Of a stretch of 64,000 nt of DNA, positions 29,839-39,391 are shown piece by piece; within the stretch, counting starts at the first letter, position 1, and each line of letters begins with the position of its first letter. The stretch is taken from NCBI GenBank assembly GCA_900754285.1, contig CAAECB010000034.1:3458-67457 (forward strand). The letters are read 5' to 3'. Source of the stretch: Clostridia bacterium (GTDB lineage Bacteria; Bacillota; Clostridia; TANB77; CAG-508). The notes under the pieces were generated by a model. The model had not been told where the DNA came from. It worked only from the letters and a program-made list of their open reading frames with translations, and did not search any database. Position numbers and translations under genes: made by a program.

Positions 29839-32169
29839 TTAATATTTTCTCATTTGCTCTAAAGTTGAATTTATACTAGGTGTAAAACCATTACTATTAG
29901 CTGTAGGTGGCCTATATGTTGATTTTCCAGATCTATTTTTATATAACATATTAGCTAATTCTGTTAAAATTTGTACTATATTTTTAGGATATCCTCTCAA
30001 AGAAATCTCACAATCTATTAATCCCTCTAAATATTTAACATACACTTGTTCATCAAAAGGAATAGAAATATATTTTATAAGATTTTTATCAAATAATTCT
30101 ACCATATAAGTCATAGCTGGATCATTATATGAGGACATACCTCCAATAATAACTTTATCACTAATTTTTCTTAACTTTTCAGTTTTATTTAAAACTATTC
30201 TTAATTTTTTCTCATCTAACACATTTCTTGATTTTAAAACATTCAAAAAAGCTGTTAACGGTTGAATTGTCAAAACATCCATTGATTGAACCAAATAAAT
30301 TTCTTGTGCATATGAAAAATATGAAATAGGTGTAGAATAATCACAATCTATTAAAACAACTGAATAATTCTTTATTAAAGTTTGTAATATCTCCCCTGCA
30401 TTTTCTATATTATCATTATCATTTGGTAAAGCTGTGTATACTGTTAAATTTCTATTAGCTTGTATACCTTTTGCAACACCATCAATTAAATTTTGGAAAC
30501 AATTCATTGCAGTATTACGCAATTCTTCTTCATTATTTGTATAAATATAATATGCATTTCTATTTTGAGTCATATCTAAAATAGCAGTTGAAACACCTTG
30601 TGAAGCCAAAACTTGAGCAACATTATTTACTATAAATGATGTACCATTTTTACTTGTACCAATAAAACACGCAATTTTTTTATCAGGTGTCAATAAAGAA
30701 CTAATATCTACTTCTGTATTAACAACATTTTGTAAATTATTATTATACATGTTAGTCCCAATATAATTATTACTAATGTTATTATTTGTATATGTAACAT
30801 CACTATTTATTCCTGGCATAACTAAATCATCTTGTTCTTCGTCTTCTAAGCCTGGCATTGTTAGGTCATCATCTTCTACATTACTATTTAATTCTGTTGT
30901 CCCAGGCATTACTAAATCTTCATTGCTTTCAGCAATATCTTCTTTTTCTATATTTTCTTCTACTCCTGGCATAACAATATTTTCTTTTTCCTCTTCATCT
31001 AGTCCTGGCATAACTAAATCATCTTGACTCTCATCATTAGAAAATTCTAATTGGTTTGAAACTTCTACTTTCTTTTTTGGTCTGCCTCTCTTCTTTTTAG
31101 GTGCATCATCTGTATTTTCTGGTAGAGGATTTTTTCTAGGTCTGCCTCTTCTTTTTGGTGCTGGTTTTACTTCTTCTTTTTCAGGTTCTACATTTTCTAC
31201 TTCTTTTACATCATTTTCTTTTTCTTCAAAATTATTTTCATTTTGTACATATGCATTAATTTCACGTTCTATTTGTTTTATTGGATCTTCTTCCTCTTGT
31301 TTTACTGGCTTTGGTTTTGTTAATTTTTTAGTACTTTGTAAATTTACAGCATTTGGTATAACTACTGGTTTAGATAAAATTGTCTCTCTAGTATTTACTG
31401 TTTTCAATAGCATTTCGCTAGTGCCATCATCAACTTCATTTTTAGGTTTTCTTATTTTATCAGAAACCTTTGTATTAAATGCCATTAATTGTTGATATTT
31501 AGGTGATTTTTCTTCTAATACTGCTTTAACATTTAAAGGTAAAAATTTGCAAATTATTTTTAATTGTACATCATTATATTGTGAAGCAATATTATTAAAA
31601 CTTTCTAAATATTTATCTTCATTTTTTCCTAAACGTTTATAATGTGCTAAAATATTTTGAATTTCAACTTCACTTACATCATTTTCATTTTCTGGTCTAT
31701 AATTAACATCATCTGAATCTATTTTATAATAAATTTTAGCTTCTTTTTTAGAACGTGGCTTATTTATTAATTTGCACAATTCATCTATATTTCTGTCTGT
31801 TCCTAGTAATGCATCATATATGCTAATTCCAAATAATTTTACAAGCATTTGTTCAGATTTTATTCTTCTATCAGAACATATTAAAATAATTGGGATATTA
31901 TCTCCCTGATAGTTTGATGCCTCATCACTAATACTATCTAATTTTTCAAAGATAAATTTATCAATTTGGTCATATTGATTATTAGTAAAGCTCTCTAAGT
32001 CTTCACTAATAACAACTCTATCATATGTTTTATCTTTTTGTAATTCTTTTAAAATTGCATTAAAGTAATAAACATTTTTATATGAAATGATTTCTTTATA
32101 TTCTTTTTGATATTTTTTTACGATATTTTCTGAAATTTCTTCATTACTTACAGCAAATAATACTTTCAT
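29839..32169 (-). CDS. Large multidomain protein: REC-like N-terminus, two AT-hooks (RGRP), five tandem D-L-V-M-P-G repeats, C-terminal ParA/MinD/CpaE-like ATPase domain with degenerate Walker A
   Basis: PKRRGRPRKNP and KKKRGRPKKK are AT-hook motifs. DLVMPG, NIVMPG, DLVMPG, DLTMPG and DLVMPG recur with acidic linkers. The C-terminal ACFIGTSKNGTSF...VVLIDCDYS matches MinD-like topology. Confidence 0.75.
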   Translation of the reverse strand: MKVLFAVSNEEISENIVKKYQKEYKEIISYKNVYYFNAILKELQKDKTYDRVVISEDLESFTNNQYDQIDKFIFEKLDSISDEASNYQGDNIPIILICSDRRIKSEQMLVKLFGISIYDALLGTDRNIDELCKLINKPRSKKEAKIYYKIDSDDVNYRPENENDVSEVEIQNILAHYKRLGKNEDKYLESFNNIASQYNDVQLKIICKFLPLNVKAVLEEKSPKYQQLMAFNTKVSDKIRKPKNEVDDGTSEMLLKTVNTRETILSKPVVIPNAVNLQSTKKLTKPKPVKQEEEDPIKQIEREINAYVQNENNFEEKENDVKEVENVEPEKEEVKPAPKRRGRPRKNPLPENTDDAPKKKRGRPKKKVEVSNQLEFSNDESQDDLVMPGLDEEEKENIVMPGVEENIEKEDIAESNEDLVMPGTTELNSNVEDDDLTMPGLEDEEQDDLVMPGINSDVTYTNNNISNNYIGTNMYNNNLQNVVNTEVDISSLLTPDKKIACFIGTSKNGTSFIVNNVAQVLASQGVSTAILDMTQNRNAYYIYTNNEEELRNTAMNCFQNLIDGVAKGIQANRNLTVYTALPNDNDNIENAGEILQTLIKNYSVVLIDCDYSTPISYFSYAQEIYLVQSMDVLTIQPLTAFLNVLKSRNVLDEKKLRIVLNKTEKLRKISDKVIIGGMSSYNDPAMTYMVELFDKNLIKYISIPFDEQVYVKYLEGLIDCEISLRGYPKNIVQILTELANMLYKNRSGKSTYRPPTANSNGFTPSINSTLEQMRKY
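30770..31035. repeat. Intragenic tandem repeats encoding the (D/N)(L/I)(V/T)MPG motifs of the 776-aa protein
   Basis: Repeated cctggcat(t/a)ac... units. They produce the repetitive antisense shadow ORF 30776..31027. Confidence 0.7.
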
Positions 32170-32172
32170 TTG

Positions 32173-32616
32173 TTACCCCCTCCCAAATTTTATAAACACT
32201 GCAAATGCAAGTGGCAAAATTTGGCATATAATTAATAAAATAGTAAATGTAACCATTAGTCCCATACCTTTTTCCAATGTATCTAACTTACGGATACCTA
32301 TAACATATTTATGTATTGCACCAATAGCAAGTCCTAAAAAGCAAAATGGTATACTATATATTTGAACCAAATGCAAAATATATGCAACTGTCCCATATAC
32401 CTTAGAGCCGTACTTTTCTTGGTAATCTGCTAAATTTTTAGTTTCTGTTTCTTTTATTTCTACTATTTTGCTTTCTGTTTCGTTATCTATAACATTTTGC
32501 TGAGTTGCTTTTACTGTTACAGTATTAGTCCAAAACATAAAAACAAATAACATAGTAAGTATAATACTTGCTACTTTTTTCATTTTAATCCCATTCCTTT
32601 CTCTATAAAGGTACAA
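32173..32616 (-). CDS. Hypothetical membrane protein (147 aa)
   Basis: N-terminal signal/TM plus two C-terminal TM segments. Its stop abuts the upstream gene. Confidence 0.4.
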   Translation of the reverse strand: MYLYRERNGIKMKKVASIILTMLFVFMFWTNTVTVKATQQNVIDNETESKIVEIKETETKNLADYQEKYGSKVYGTVAYILHLVQIYSIPFCFLGLAIGAIHKYVIGIRKLDTLEKGMGLMVTFTILLIICQILPLAFAVFIKFGRG

Positions 32617-32740
32617 TTATAACTCAAAATTCAATATTCGTACCATTTAACTGCATTTATATTAACTCTAAATATTACCCTTATATCATACAATAACTTT
32701 AAAAAAATAGCAAGTAATATTAAAAAAAATTAGATAAAAA

Positions 32741-33751
32741 TTACAATTTTCCGTATAAATATTGCATATGTTTATAAACTGCATTAGCCCAATTTTTATC
32801 ACTAGCATATTTTTGATTAACACCAGACAACGTCGGACTAGAATAATAAGTTCCAACGGCTTTTTCATTACCATAAATGCTTGTACCCCTAGGGTTCAAA
32901 TAATATTTAACCAAAACCCTCGAAATCAAATCTATACTTTCTGAATAATTAGAAAATTTATATGCACCATTATATGGATTAGAATCATATGCACCATATC
33001 CAAAAAGATTTTTCTTATCTTTAGCAATCTTTGATGTTCCCCAATTGCTTTCATGTATACCTATGGCAGCAACAAAAATACCATTAATATTATATTGTTT
33101 TTCTACATAATAAAAATAATCTGCATTTTGTTCAAAAATCTTATTAACATCTTTACTATCTTTTAAAATCTTTTGGAATTGTTCCAAAGAAAGTCCACTT
33201 GGCTTATTTAACTGCATATCAAATGTAGAACTTTGAGTTGATTGAACTACTTTTGGTCTTTCTTTTGTTCCAACTTTTATAACTTTATTTAAAGCAGGTT
33301 TAACAACTGCAACTGAAATTTGTTCTTCTTTCTTAAATTCTCCATTTTCAAATATTTTTTTATATGTAATTCTTTGAGTTCCCTTTTTTCCATCTTCAAC
33401 AACAGCTGTTTCTCCTTTAAATAAATCATCTGATTGCACATATTCTGTCAAATATTCCAAAGTAACATCTTCATGTCTTAATTCTTCAGAAGTACTCTGA
33501 TTTGAATTTTGACTAATAACTGTATCAATATCTATTTTACTAGCTTCTGAATATTGCACTTCTTCATCTTCTTTGGTATTTTCATTTAAATTACTACTAA
33601 CAGCATAAGAAATATTTCCTTTTATATATAAGTTATAAAAAATAACTATATCGAATACAATAATAGTAAAAAGACATGCAAAAATAATATTTTTTAAATT
33701 CAACTTTAATTTAGTACTTTTTTTTACTTTTTCTTTAGATTTCATTAACAC
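32741..33751 (-). CDS. Membrane-anchored GH73 N-acetylglucosaminidase (mannosyl-glycoprotein endo-beta-N-acetylglucosaminidase domain)
   Basis: C-terminal FVAAIGIHESNWGTSKIA...LFGYGAYD matches the glucosaminidase active-site region. Confidence 0.7.
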   Translation of the reverse strand: MLMKSKEKVKKSTKLKLNLKNIIFACLFTIIVFDIVIFYNLYIKGNISYAVSSNLNENTKEDEEVQYSEASKIDIDTVISQNSNQSTSEELRHEDVTLEYLTEYVQSDDLFKGETAVVEDGKKGTQRITYKKIFENGEFKKEEQISVAVVKPALNKVIKVGTKERPKVVQSTQSSTFDMQLNKPSGLSLEQFQKILKDSKDVNKIFEQNADYFYYVEKQYNINGIFVAAIGIHESNWGTSKIAKDKKNLFGYGAYDSNPYNGAYKFSNYSESIDLISRVLVKYYLNPRGTSIYGNEKAVGTYYSSPTLSGVNQKYASDKNWANAVYKHMQYLYGKL

Positions 33752-33942
33752 ATTCCTCCTAAAGTTTTATTTTTAATATTTTTAAAACTTTATTTTGCAA
33801 AATTTTACATATTTATTTATTTGTCTCCAAAATTATTGTAACTTTTTAACTCTTTTTTGTCAATTCAAAATTTTGGAATTCTTCTTGATTTTATTTAAAA
33901 AATATTATATCATATTAATACAAAAAGAAAGGATTAAAACAA

Positions 33943-34785
33943 ATGAAAAGTTTTATATTAAAATATAAAAAGCTTTTAATACCTCTTATAATTTCAAGTA
34001 TTTTTGCTATAGTGTTATTAATTATAGTTATTTTTAACTACATACCAAACTTTATTGAGAAAAACAAATTTGAAAATCAAGTTTTAAAATTTGCAAACAA
34101 AAATGACAAAACAACATTTTCAATTAATGAAATAACACTATTTAGCAGTTGTGATGTAAAAAACAAACTAAGTGGAAAATCAAACTTTACAATTGAAAAT
34201 CTATTTGCATATACTGATATTGCGATTTTTATAAATAAAAATTCTTCAGAAAGTACTTTAGAAAACACACTAAAAGATGTGACTTTAAAAAATTTTTCTA
34301 TAGACCAAGCACCTCAAGACGGACAAGCAAAATTATATTATAAAAGTCTTAATCAGTTTGCAAAATCACTATTACCTAATCAATTAGAAAACTCTTCAGA
34401 AAATCTACAAAACATTGAAAACGAATTAGATTTTGAAACAATTTCTAAAGAAACGTCTGATTTTTCTAATCCAATTTTATATAATAATTGTGCAAATCCA
34501 ATTACACTTAGTTACCTTATAGAAAACATAAAAACAGATTACACAATATTGGACACATCAACACCTATAACTTATAATGGTTCACTATTAAAAAGATGTG
34601 CTGTGCCAATAAGCAATATCGAGTCAAAAATATCATTTGAAATTTATATCACAAATTATAAAGATGAAAAATTTAAAAGCAAAGTATTTATTACAATTCC
34701 ATTCAAAAATGATACAAATTCAATATATGATGGAAACATAACAATTAAACAAAATACAAATTTTGTTTTTTATAAATACGAATAA
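33943..34785 (+). CDS. Hypothetical N-terminally anchored protein (280 aa)
   Basis: N-terminal TM. The rest is Asn/Ile/Lys-rich with no recognisable domain. Confidence 0.4.
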   Translation: MKSFILKYKKLLIPLIISSIFAIVLLIIVIFNYIPNFIEKNKFENQVLKFANKNDKTTFSINEITLFSSCDVKNKLSGKSNFTIENLFAYTDIAIFINKNSSESTLENTLKDVTLKNFSIDQAPQDGQAKLYYKSLNQFAKSLLPNQLENSSENLQNIENELDFETISKETSDFSNPILYNNCANPITLSYLIENIKTDYTILDTSTPITYNGSLLKRCAVPISNIESKISFEIYITNYKDEKFKSKVFITIPFKNDTNSIYDGNITIKQNTNFVFYKYE

Positions 34786-34861
34786 AACATGGCATTAATA
34801 ACATTAGTACTTATAAAAATTCAGTATTAATAGCATTTAAAAAAATAAAGGAGTAATCAAA

Positions 34862-36649
34862 GTGAGTAAAAATTTAACAATAAAAGAGAAACTAGAAAAA
34901 AAATATCATAAATGTGAAGAAATATCAAATTTAAAAGAAATGTTATATCGTTCTAGCAACATTTATGGAAGCAGAATTGCATTCAAACTAAAAAATAATA
35001 AAGGCGAAATTTATCCTGTAAGCTATAAAGAATTTAAACAAGATATAGTACAACTTGGAACATACTTAATTCAATTAGGATTTTTAGGAAAAAGAATTGC
35101 AGTAATTGGAAAAAATTCATATCAATGGGCTGTTTCATATTTTGCAGCTACAATAGTTGGTATTGTGGTTCCTTTAGATAAAGAATTACACAATGATGAT
35201 GTTATAAACTTTTTAAATATTTCGGAAAGTGTTTGTATTCTTGGTGACACTAAAAATTTAAAAGGTGTTATAGAAAAAAAATCAGATTTAAAAAATCAAG
35301 ACCTTTGCATGATTTCTTTAGATTTAGAAAAAAAATCTAATTCTACAAAACTAGACTTAAAAGAACAATCTGAAATTTACGATATTAATGATTGTATAGC
35401 AAAAGGCAAAGAATTTCTAATTCAAGGAAATACAGAATTTGATAAAATAGAAATTGATCCAGATGAAATGCGTATTTTGTTATTTACATCAGGAACAACT
35501 GGTAATGCAAAAGGTGTATGCCTTTCTCACAGAAATATATGTTCAAATATTACCTCTATTTATGGAATTGTAAAAGTAAAAAGAAGTGATTTATTTTTCT
35601 CTATTCTTCCTATTCATCATACTTATGAATGTACTATAGGATTTCTATTACCACTATACAGTGGTGCCAGCATTTGCTACTGTGATGGACTAAGATATAT
35701 ATTAAAAAATATGGGAGAATATCATCCTTCTGTTATTTTATGTGTTCCTCTATTATTGGAAAATATGCATAAAAATATTATTAAAAATATGAACAAAACT
35801 TTACCAAAAAAATATGTCAAATCATCTAACGAAAATCCTTATGATAATTTACCTGGACCTATAAAACATGTAGTAAAAAGTAAAGTTAAAAATACTTTAG
35901 GTGGAAGGCTTCGTGTATTTATCGTTGGTGCCGCTGGAGTAAATCCAACAATTGCTGCAGATTTTGAAAAACTTGGTTTACTTACACTACAAGGTTATGG
36001 CTTAACAGAGTGTTCTCCTCTTGTTGCTGGTAACAACGACTTTTACCACAAAGACGATAGCTGTGGTTTACCTATTCCTAAAGTTACTTATAAAATTGAT
36101 AATCCTAATGAAAATGGTGAAGGCGAAATTTTAGTACAAGGTCCAAATGTAATGCTTGGATATTATAACATGCCTGAAGAAACTGCCAAAGCTCTTAAAG
36201 ATGGTTGGTTTCATACAGGTGATATTGGAAAAATTGATGAACAAGGTTATTTATATATTACTGGTAGATGTAAAAGTGTTATTGTTACTAAAAATGGTAA
36301 AAATATTTACCCTGAAGAAGTTGAATACTACTTGAACGATAATCCTCTTATTTCTGAATCTCTTGTTCTTGGTATTCAAAAAGATGATGATGACGAAACT
36401 TATATCAATGCTCAAATACTTCCTAATATAGAAGCAATTACAGAATATTTAAAAGGTTCTGTTCCTACTAAAGAGGAACTCAAAAAAATTATGAGTGATA
36501 TTGTTTCTAATGTTAATAGTAAATTGCCTAATTACAAACATATTAAAAGTTTTATTATTCGTGATAAGGAATTTGAAAAAACTACTACTCAAAAAATTAA
36601 GCGCTATGGTGATAATACTAAAATTGATGATAAAAAAAATAATGATTGA
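34862..36649 (+). CDS. Long-chain-fatty-acid--CoA ligase (AMP-binding superfamily)
   Basis: LFTSGTTGNAKGVCLSH AMP-binding motif and GYGLTE motif, at 595 aa. Confidence 0.85.
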   Translation: MSKNLTIKEKLEKKYHKCEEISNLKEMLYRSSNIYGSRIAFKLKNNKGEIYPVSYKEFKQDIVQLGTYLIQLGFLGKRIAVIGKNSYQWAVSYFAATIVGIVVPLDKELHNDDVINFLNISESVCILGDTKNLKGVIEKKSDLKNQDLCMISLDLEKKSNSTKLDLKEQSEIYDINDCIAKGKEFLIQGNTEFDKIEIDPDEMRILLFTSGTTGNAKGVCLSHRNICSNITSIYGIVKVKRSDLFFSILPIHHTYECTIGFLLPLYSGASICYCDGLRYILKNMGEYHPSVILCVPLLLENMHKNIIKNMNKTLPKKYVKSSNENPYDNLPGPIKHVVKSKVKNTLGGRLRVFIVGAAGVNPTIAADFEKLGLLTLQGYGLTECSPLVAGNNDFYHKDDSCGLPIPKVTYKIDNPNENGEGEILVQGPNVMLGYYNMPEETAKALKDGWFHTGDIGKIDEQGYLYITGRCKSVIVTKNGKNIYPEEVEYYLNDNPLISESLVLGIQKDDDDETYINAQILPNIEAITEYLKGSVPTKEELKKIMSDIVSNVNSKLPNYKHIKSFIIRDKEFEKTTTQKIKRYGDNTKIDDKKNND

Positions 36650-36667
36650 TAAAGATTTTTATTATTA

Positions 36668-36706
36668 AAGCCCAGAAATTTACTCTAGAAATTTCTGAGC
36701 TTTTTC
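36668..36706. terminator. Bidirectional intrinsic terminator hairpin (AAGCCCAGAAATTT / AAATTTCTGAGCTT) plus T-run between the acyl-CoA ligase and tRNA cluster
   Basis: 14-bp stem with 1 mismatch, then TTTTT. Confidence 0.5.
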
Positions 36707-36774
36707 CCCTATTTTAACAAAAAAAGCAACCAGATTTTTTCTGATTGATTTTTGCATCCATATATTCTATTAAA

Positions 36775-36850
<76 letters not shown>

Positions 36851-36859
36851 ATAAAAAAA

Positions 36860-36936
36860 TGGCGACCCGGAACGGGCTCGAACCGTCGACCTCTAGCGTG
36901 ACAGGCTAGCGTTCTAACCAACTGAACTACCGGGCC
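36860..36936 (-). tRNA. tRNA-Asp (GUC), CCA encoded
   Basis: Reverse complement GGCCCGGTAGTTCAGTTGGTTAGAACGCTAGCCTGTCACGCTAGAGGTCGACGGTTCGAGCCCGTTCCGGGTCGCCA. Confidence 0.85.
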
Positions 36937-36945
36937 GTAAAAACA

Positions 36946-37021
36946 TGGTGGTCGCTATAGGACTCGAACCTATGACCCTCTGCTTGTAAGGCAGATGCTC
37001 TCCCAGCTGAGCTAAGCGACC
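36946..37021 (-). tRNA. tRNA-Val (UAC), CCA encoded
   Basis: Reverse complement GGTCGCTTAGCTCAGCTGGGAGAGCATCTGCCTTACAAGCAGAGGGTCATAGGTTCGAGTCCTATAGCGACCACCA. Confidence 0.85.
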
Positions 37022-37040
37022 ATGTCTTTCGACAAGACTA

Positions 37041-37069
37041 AGTATACTAGATTTTATTAAACTTGTCAA
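37041..37069 (-). promoter_or_regulatory. Putative sigma-A promoter of the tRNA-Val-Asp-Phe operon (-35 TTGACA, 17-bp spacer, -10 TATACT)
   Basis: Perfect -35 and near-consensus -10 with the right spacing about 20 nt upstream of tRNA-Val. Confidence 0.45.
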
Positions 37070-37193
37070 TACTTTTTTTAAAATTTTTTAATTTTTTTGT
37101 GACCAAATATCTATAACCACCATAATATGTATTATACAAAGGAAAAACAAAAGAAAATCAATACATGTTTTGTTTTGAAAGGGGGTCTATTCT

Positions 37194-37310
37194 ATGCCAG
37201 AAAACAGAGGTTGTGGTGGTTTTGGTTTCGGTGACGACTGCTGCTGGATAATCATCCTTATATTATTAATTTGCTGCTGCTGTGGCGGTGGTAGAGGAGG
37301 TTGCTGCTAA
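37194..37310 (+). CDS. Unannotated 38-aa Cys/Gly-rich hydrophobic peptide, YjcZ-like sporulation-protein family (MPENRGCGGFGFGDDCCWIIILILLICCCCGGGRGGCC)
   Basis: Strong RBS (AAAGGGGG) 8 nt upstream of the ATG. GG-F-G plus hydrophobic core plus Cys cluster resembles YjcZ-type tiny sporulation proteins. A terminator hairpin overlaps its stop. Confidence 0.5.
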   Translation: MPENRGCGGFGFGDDCCWIIILILLICCCCGGGRGGCC

Positions 37311-37326
37311 TAGCAACCTTTTTTAT
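37298..37326 (+). terminator. Intrinsic terminator (AGGTTGCT-GCTAAT-AGCAACCT plus TTTTTT) at the end of the small Cys-rich ORF
   Basis: 8-bp stem followed by a T-tract. Confidence 0.5.
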
Positions 37327-37339
37327 GTTTTAATATGTG

Positions 37340-38335
37340 CTAAATATTATTAATATCAATTTTTCTTATATCCTTCCCCTTTTGTTCTTCAATTATATCT
37401 TCATAACAGTTCACTAATTTAGCACCTTCTTTAATGAGTCTATTAGTACCAACAGAAGTAGAAGAATTAATATTACCAGGAACAACAAAAACATCTCTCC
37501 CCTGTTCCAAAGCAAAATCCACAGTAATTAAAGTACCACTTTTTTCTTTAGCCTCTATAACTAAAACACCTGTACTCAAACCACTAACAATCCTATTTCT
37601 TGCAGGGAAATTCATTCTATCAGGCTTAGTACCTAACGGATATTCAGAAATTATCGTACCACCATTTTTCAAAATCAAACTTGCTAATTCCATATTTTCT
37701 TTAGGATAAATAGTATCAATACCATTACCTAAAACAGCTATAGTATTAACACAATTATTAATCTTATCGCCAAGATTTTCCAAACTCAAATTATCATTAA
37801 AATCATTATTCTTTTTTTCTAAGCTATAAGCTAAAGCTCCAATATGTGCATAACTATCAATTCCTTTAGCCAAACCACTAACAACACAAATATCATTTTT
37901 AGCCAAATTATATGCAAAATATTTAGCTGCCTTTACTCCATAATTTGACGCTTCTCTACACCCTACTATTGAAATACACTTTTTATTTAACAAACTTAAA
38001 TTTCCTTTCACATATAAACTAATTGGATAATCATAAATATTTTTTAGCATTTTGGGATATTCTTCATCTTCTATTGTAATTATCTCTATATTATTTTTTT
38101 GCAAATACTCTATATGTGTATTCAAAATTCGAATATTTTTAGATTCAAATATTTTTTTAACCGCATTATCACCTATTCCATTTACTTCTAATAATTCCAA
38201 TTCACTTGCATAAAATATTGCTTTTGGATTCTTAAATCTTTTTAATAAATGTTGCTTTTTTATACTCCCTAAATCTTTTATAAGGCTAAGCCATATCCAG
38301 TATTTATTTTCAGTTAATAATTTCATTTTTATCAT
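37340..38335 (-). CDS. dprA: DNA-processing protein DprA (paralog 2; N-terminal SAM-like domain plus Rossmann DprA core)
   Basis: IVGCREASNYG, VSGLAKGIDS, NRIVSGLS and DVFVVPG motifs, at 331 aa. Confidence 0.85.
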   Translation of the reverse strand: MIKMKLLTENKYWIWLSLIKDLGSIKKQHLLKRFKNPKAIFYASELELLEVNGIGDNAVKKIFESKNIRILNTHIEYLQKNNIEIITIEDEEYPKMLKNIYDYPISLYVKGNLSLLNKKCISIVGCREASNYGVKAAKYFAYNLAKNDICVVSGLAKGIDSYAHIGALAYSLEKKNNDFNDNLSLENLGDKINNCVNTIAVLGNGIDTIYPKENMELASLILKNGGTIISEYPLGTKPDRMNFPARNRIVSGLSTGVLVIEAKEKSGTLITVDFALEQGRDVFVVPGNINSSTSVGTNRLIKEGAKLVNCYEDIIEEQKGKDIRKIDINNI

Positions 38336-38413
38336 ACCCTTTCTACTGTATAAATTTCATAAGTTTTATTTCCATTCTAAAATCACAATTTATTTTTTCT
38401 AAAGACTTAATAA

Positions 38414-38438
38414 TTTTTGCTCCGTCCCCAAATCACTG
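38414..38438. repeat. Degenerate partial copy of the hairpin-repeat loop region (TTTTTGCTCCGTCCCCAAATCAC)
   Basis: Matches the TTTTTGAGTCCGTCCCCAAAAACAC core with small deletions and has no complementary arms. Confidence 0.5.
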
Positions 38439-38449
38439 CTTCAAAATAA

Positions 38450-38492
38450 TTAATGGGTGTTTTTTGAGTCCGTCCCCAAAAACACCCATTAA
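38450..38492. repeat. Hairpin-repeat family copy 3 (15-bp stem TTAATGGGTGTTTTT/AAAAACACCCATTAA, loop TGAGTCCGTCCCC)
   Basis: Perfect 15-bp inverted arms around the conserved loop. It lies between the folD stop and the dprA start. Confidence 0.8.
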
Positions 38493-38493
38493 A

Positions 38494-39363
38494 TTATTTT
38501 GATTGCTGTTTTGCAGCTTTTATTACATTATTTAAAAGCATAGCTATTGTCATAGGCCCTACTCCCCCTGGTACAGGCGTTATATAACTTGCTTTTTGTG
38601 ATACTTCTTCAAAGTCTACATCACCTACTATTTTTCCTGTTTTTAATCTATTTATTCCTACATCTATAACAACTACATCTTCTTTTACCATTTCAGCTTT
38701 AATAAATTCTGGTTTTCCTATTGCTGTTATTAATATATCCGCTTCTTTTGTTATTTTTTCTAATTCTTTTGTCTTTGAGTGGCACACTGTTACTGTTGCA
38801 TTTTTATTTATACAACATTGTATTAATGGCTTCCCTACAATATTGCTTCTTCCTAAAATCACAACATTTTTTCCACATAAGTCAATATTGTATTCTTCAA
38901 ATAACCTCATTATCCCATATGGTGTACATGATACAAATGTATCTTGCCCCAAAACTAATTTTCCTATATTCATTGGATGAAAGCCATCAACATCTTTTTT
39001 ATAATCTATCTTTTTTATTGCCTCATTTATATCTAAATTAGGTGGTAATGGACTTTGTAATAATATTCCATTAACTGTTTTATCATTGTTTAATTTTTCT
39101 ATTAATCTAGTTAATTCTTCTTGTTTTATATCTGCTCCTAATATATATTCTTCATATTTAACGCCAACTTCATCACATGCTTTGCTTTTATTTTTTATAT
39201 ATACTTTAGATGCTGCATTATCCCCAACCATTATTACTGATAATTTAGGATTTATACCATTTTCTTTTAGCTCTTCTACTTCCTTTTTTAAATATTCTCT
39301 TGTTTTCTTAGCAATTGCTTTTCCATCTATTATTACGGCCATAATTACATCCATTCCTTCCAA
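38494..39363 (-). CDS. folD: Bifunctional methylenetetrahydrofolate dehydrogenase/methenyl-THF cyclohydrolase
   Basis: Typical FolD N-terminus (IDGKAIAKK...), GRSNIVGKP and PGGVGPMTIAML motifs. Confidence 0.9.
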   Translation of the reverse strand: MEGMDVIMAVIIDGKAIAKKTREYLKKEVEELKENGINPKLSVIMVGDNAASKVYIKNKSKACDEVGVKYEEYILGADIKQEELTRLIEKLNNDKTVNGILLQSPLPPNLDINEAIKKIDYKKDVDGFHPMNIGKLVLGQDTFVSCTPYGIMRLFEEYNIDLCGKNVVILGRSNIVGKPLIQCCINKNATVTVCHSKTKELEKITKEADILITAIGKPEFIKAEMVKEDVVVIDVGINRLKTGKIVGDVDFEEVSQKASYITPVPGGVGPMTIAMLLNNVIKAAKQQSK

Positions 39364-39391
39364 ATTTGAACTATAATTAGTATCACATTTA

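Noticed and set aside
30776-31027. Repetitive plus-strand ORF (PGITKSS repeats)
   Set aside because: Antisense reading of the VMPG tandem repeats within the 776-aa gene, not an independent gene.
32686-32944. Small ORFs 32686..32874 (-) and 32762..32944 (+) at the 3' end of the GH73 gene
   Set aside because: They overlap the GH73 CDS or its immediate downstream region and have no RBS support or conservation signal.
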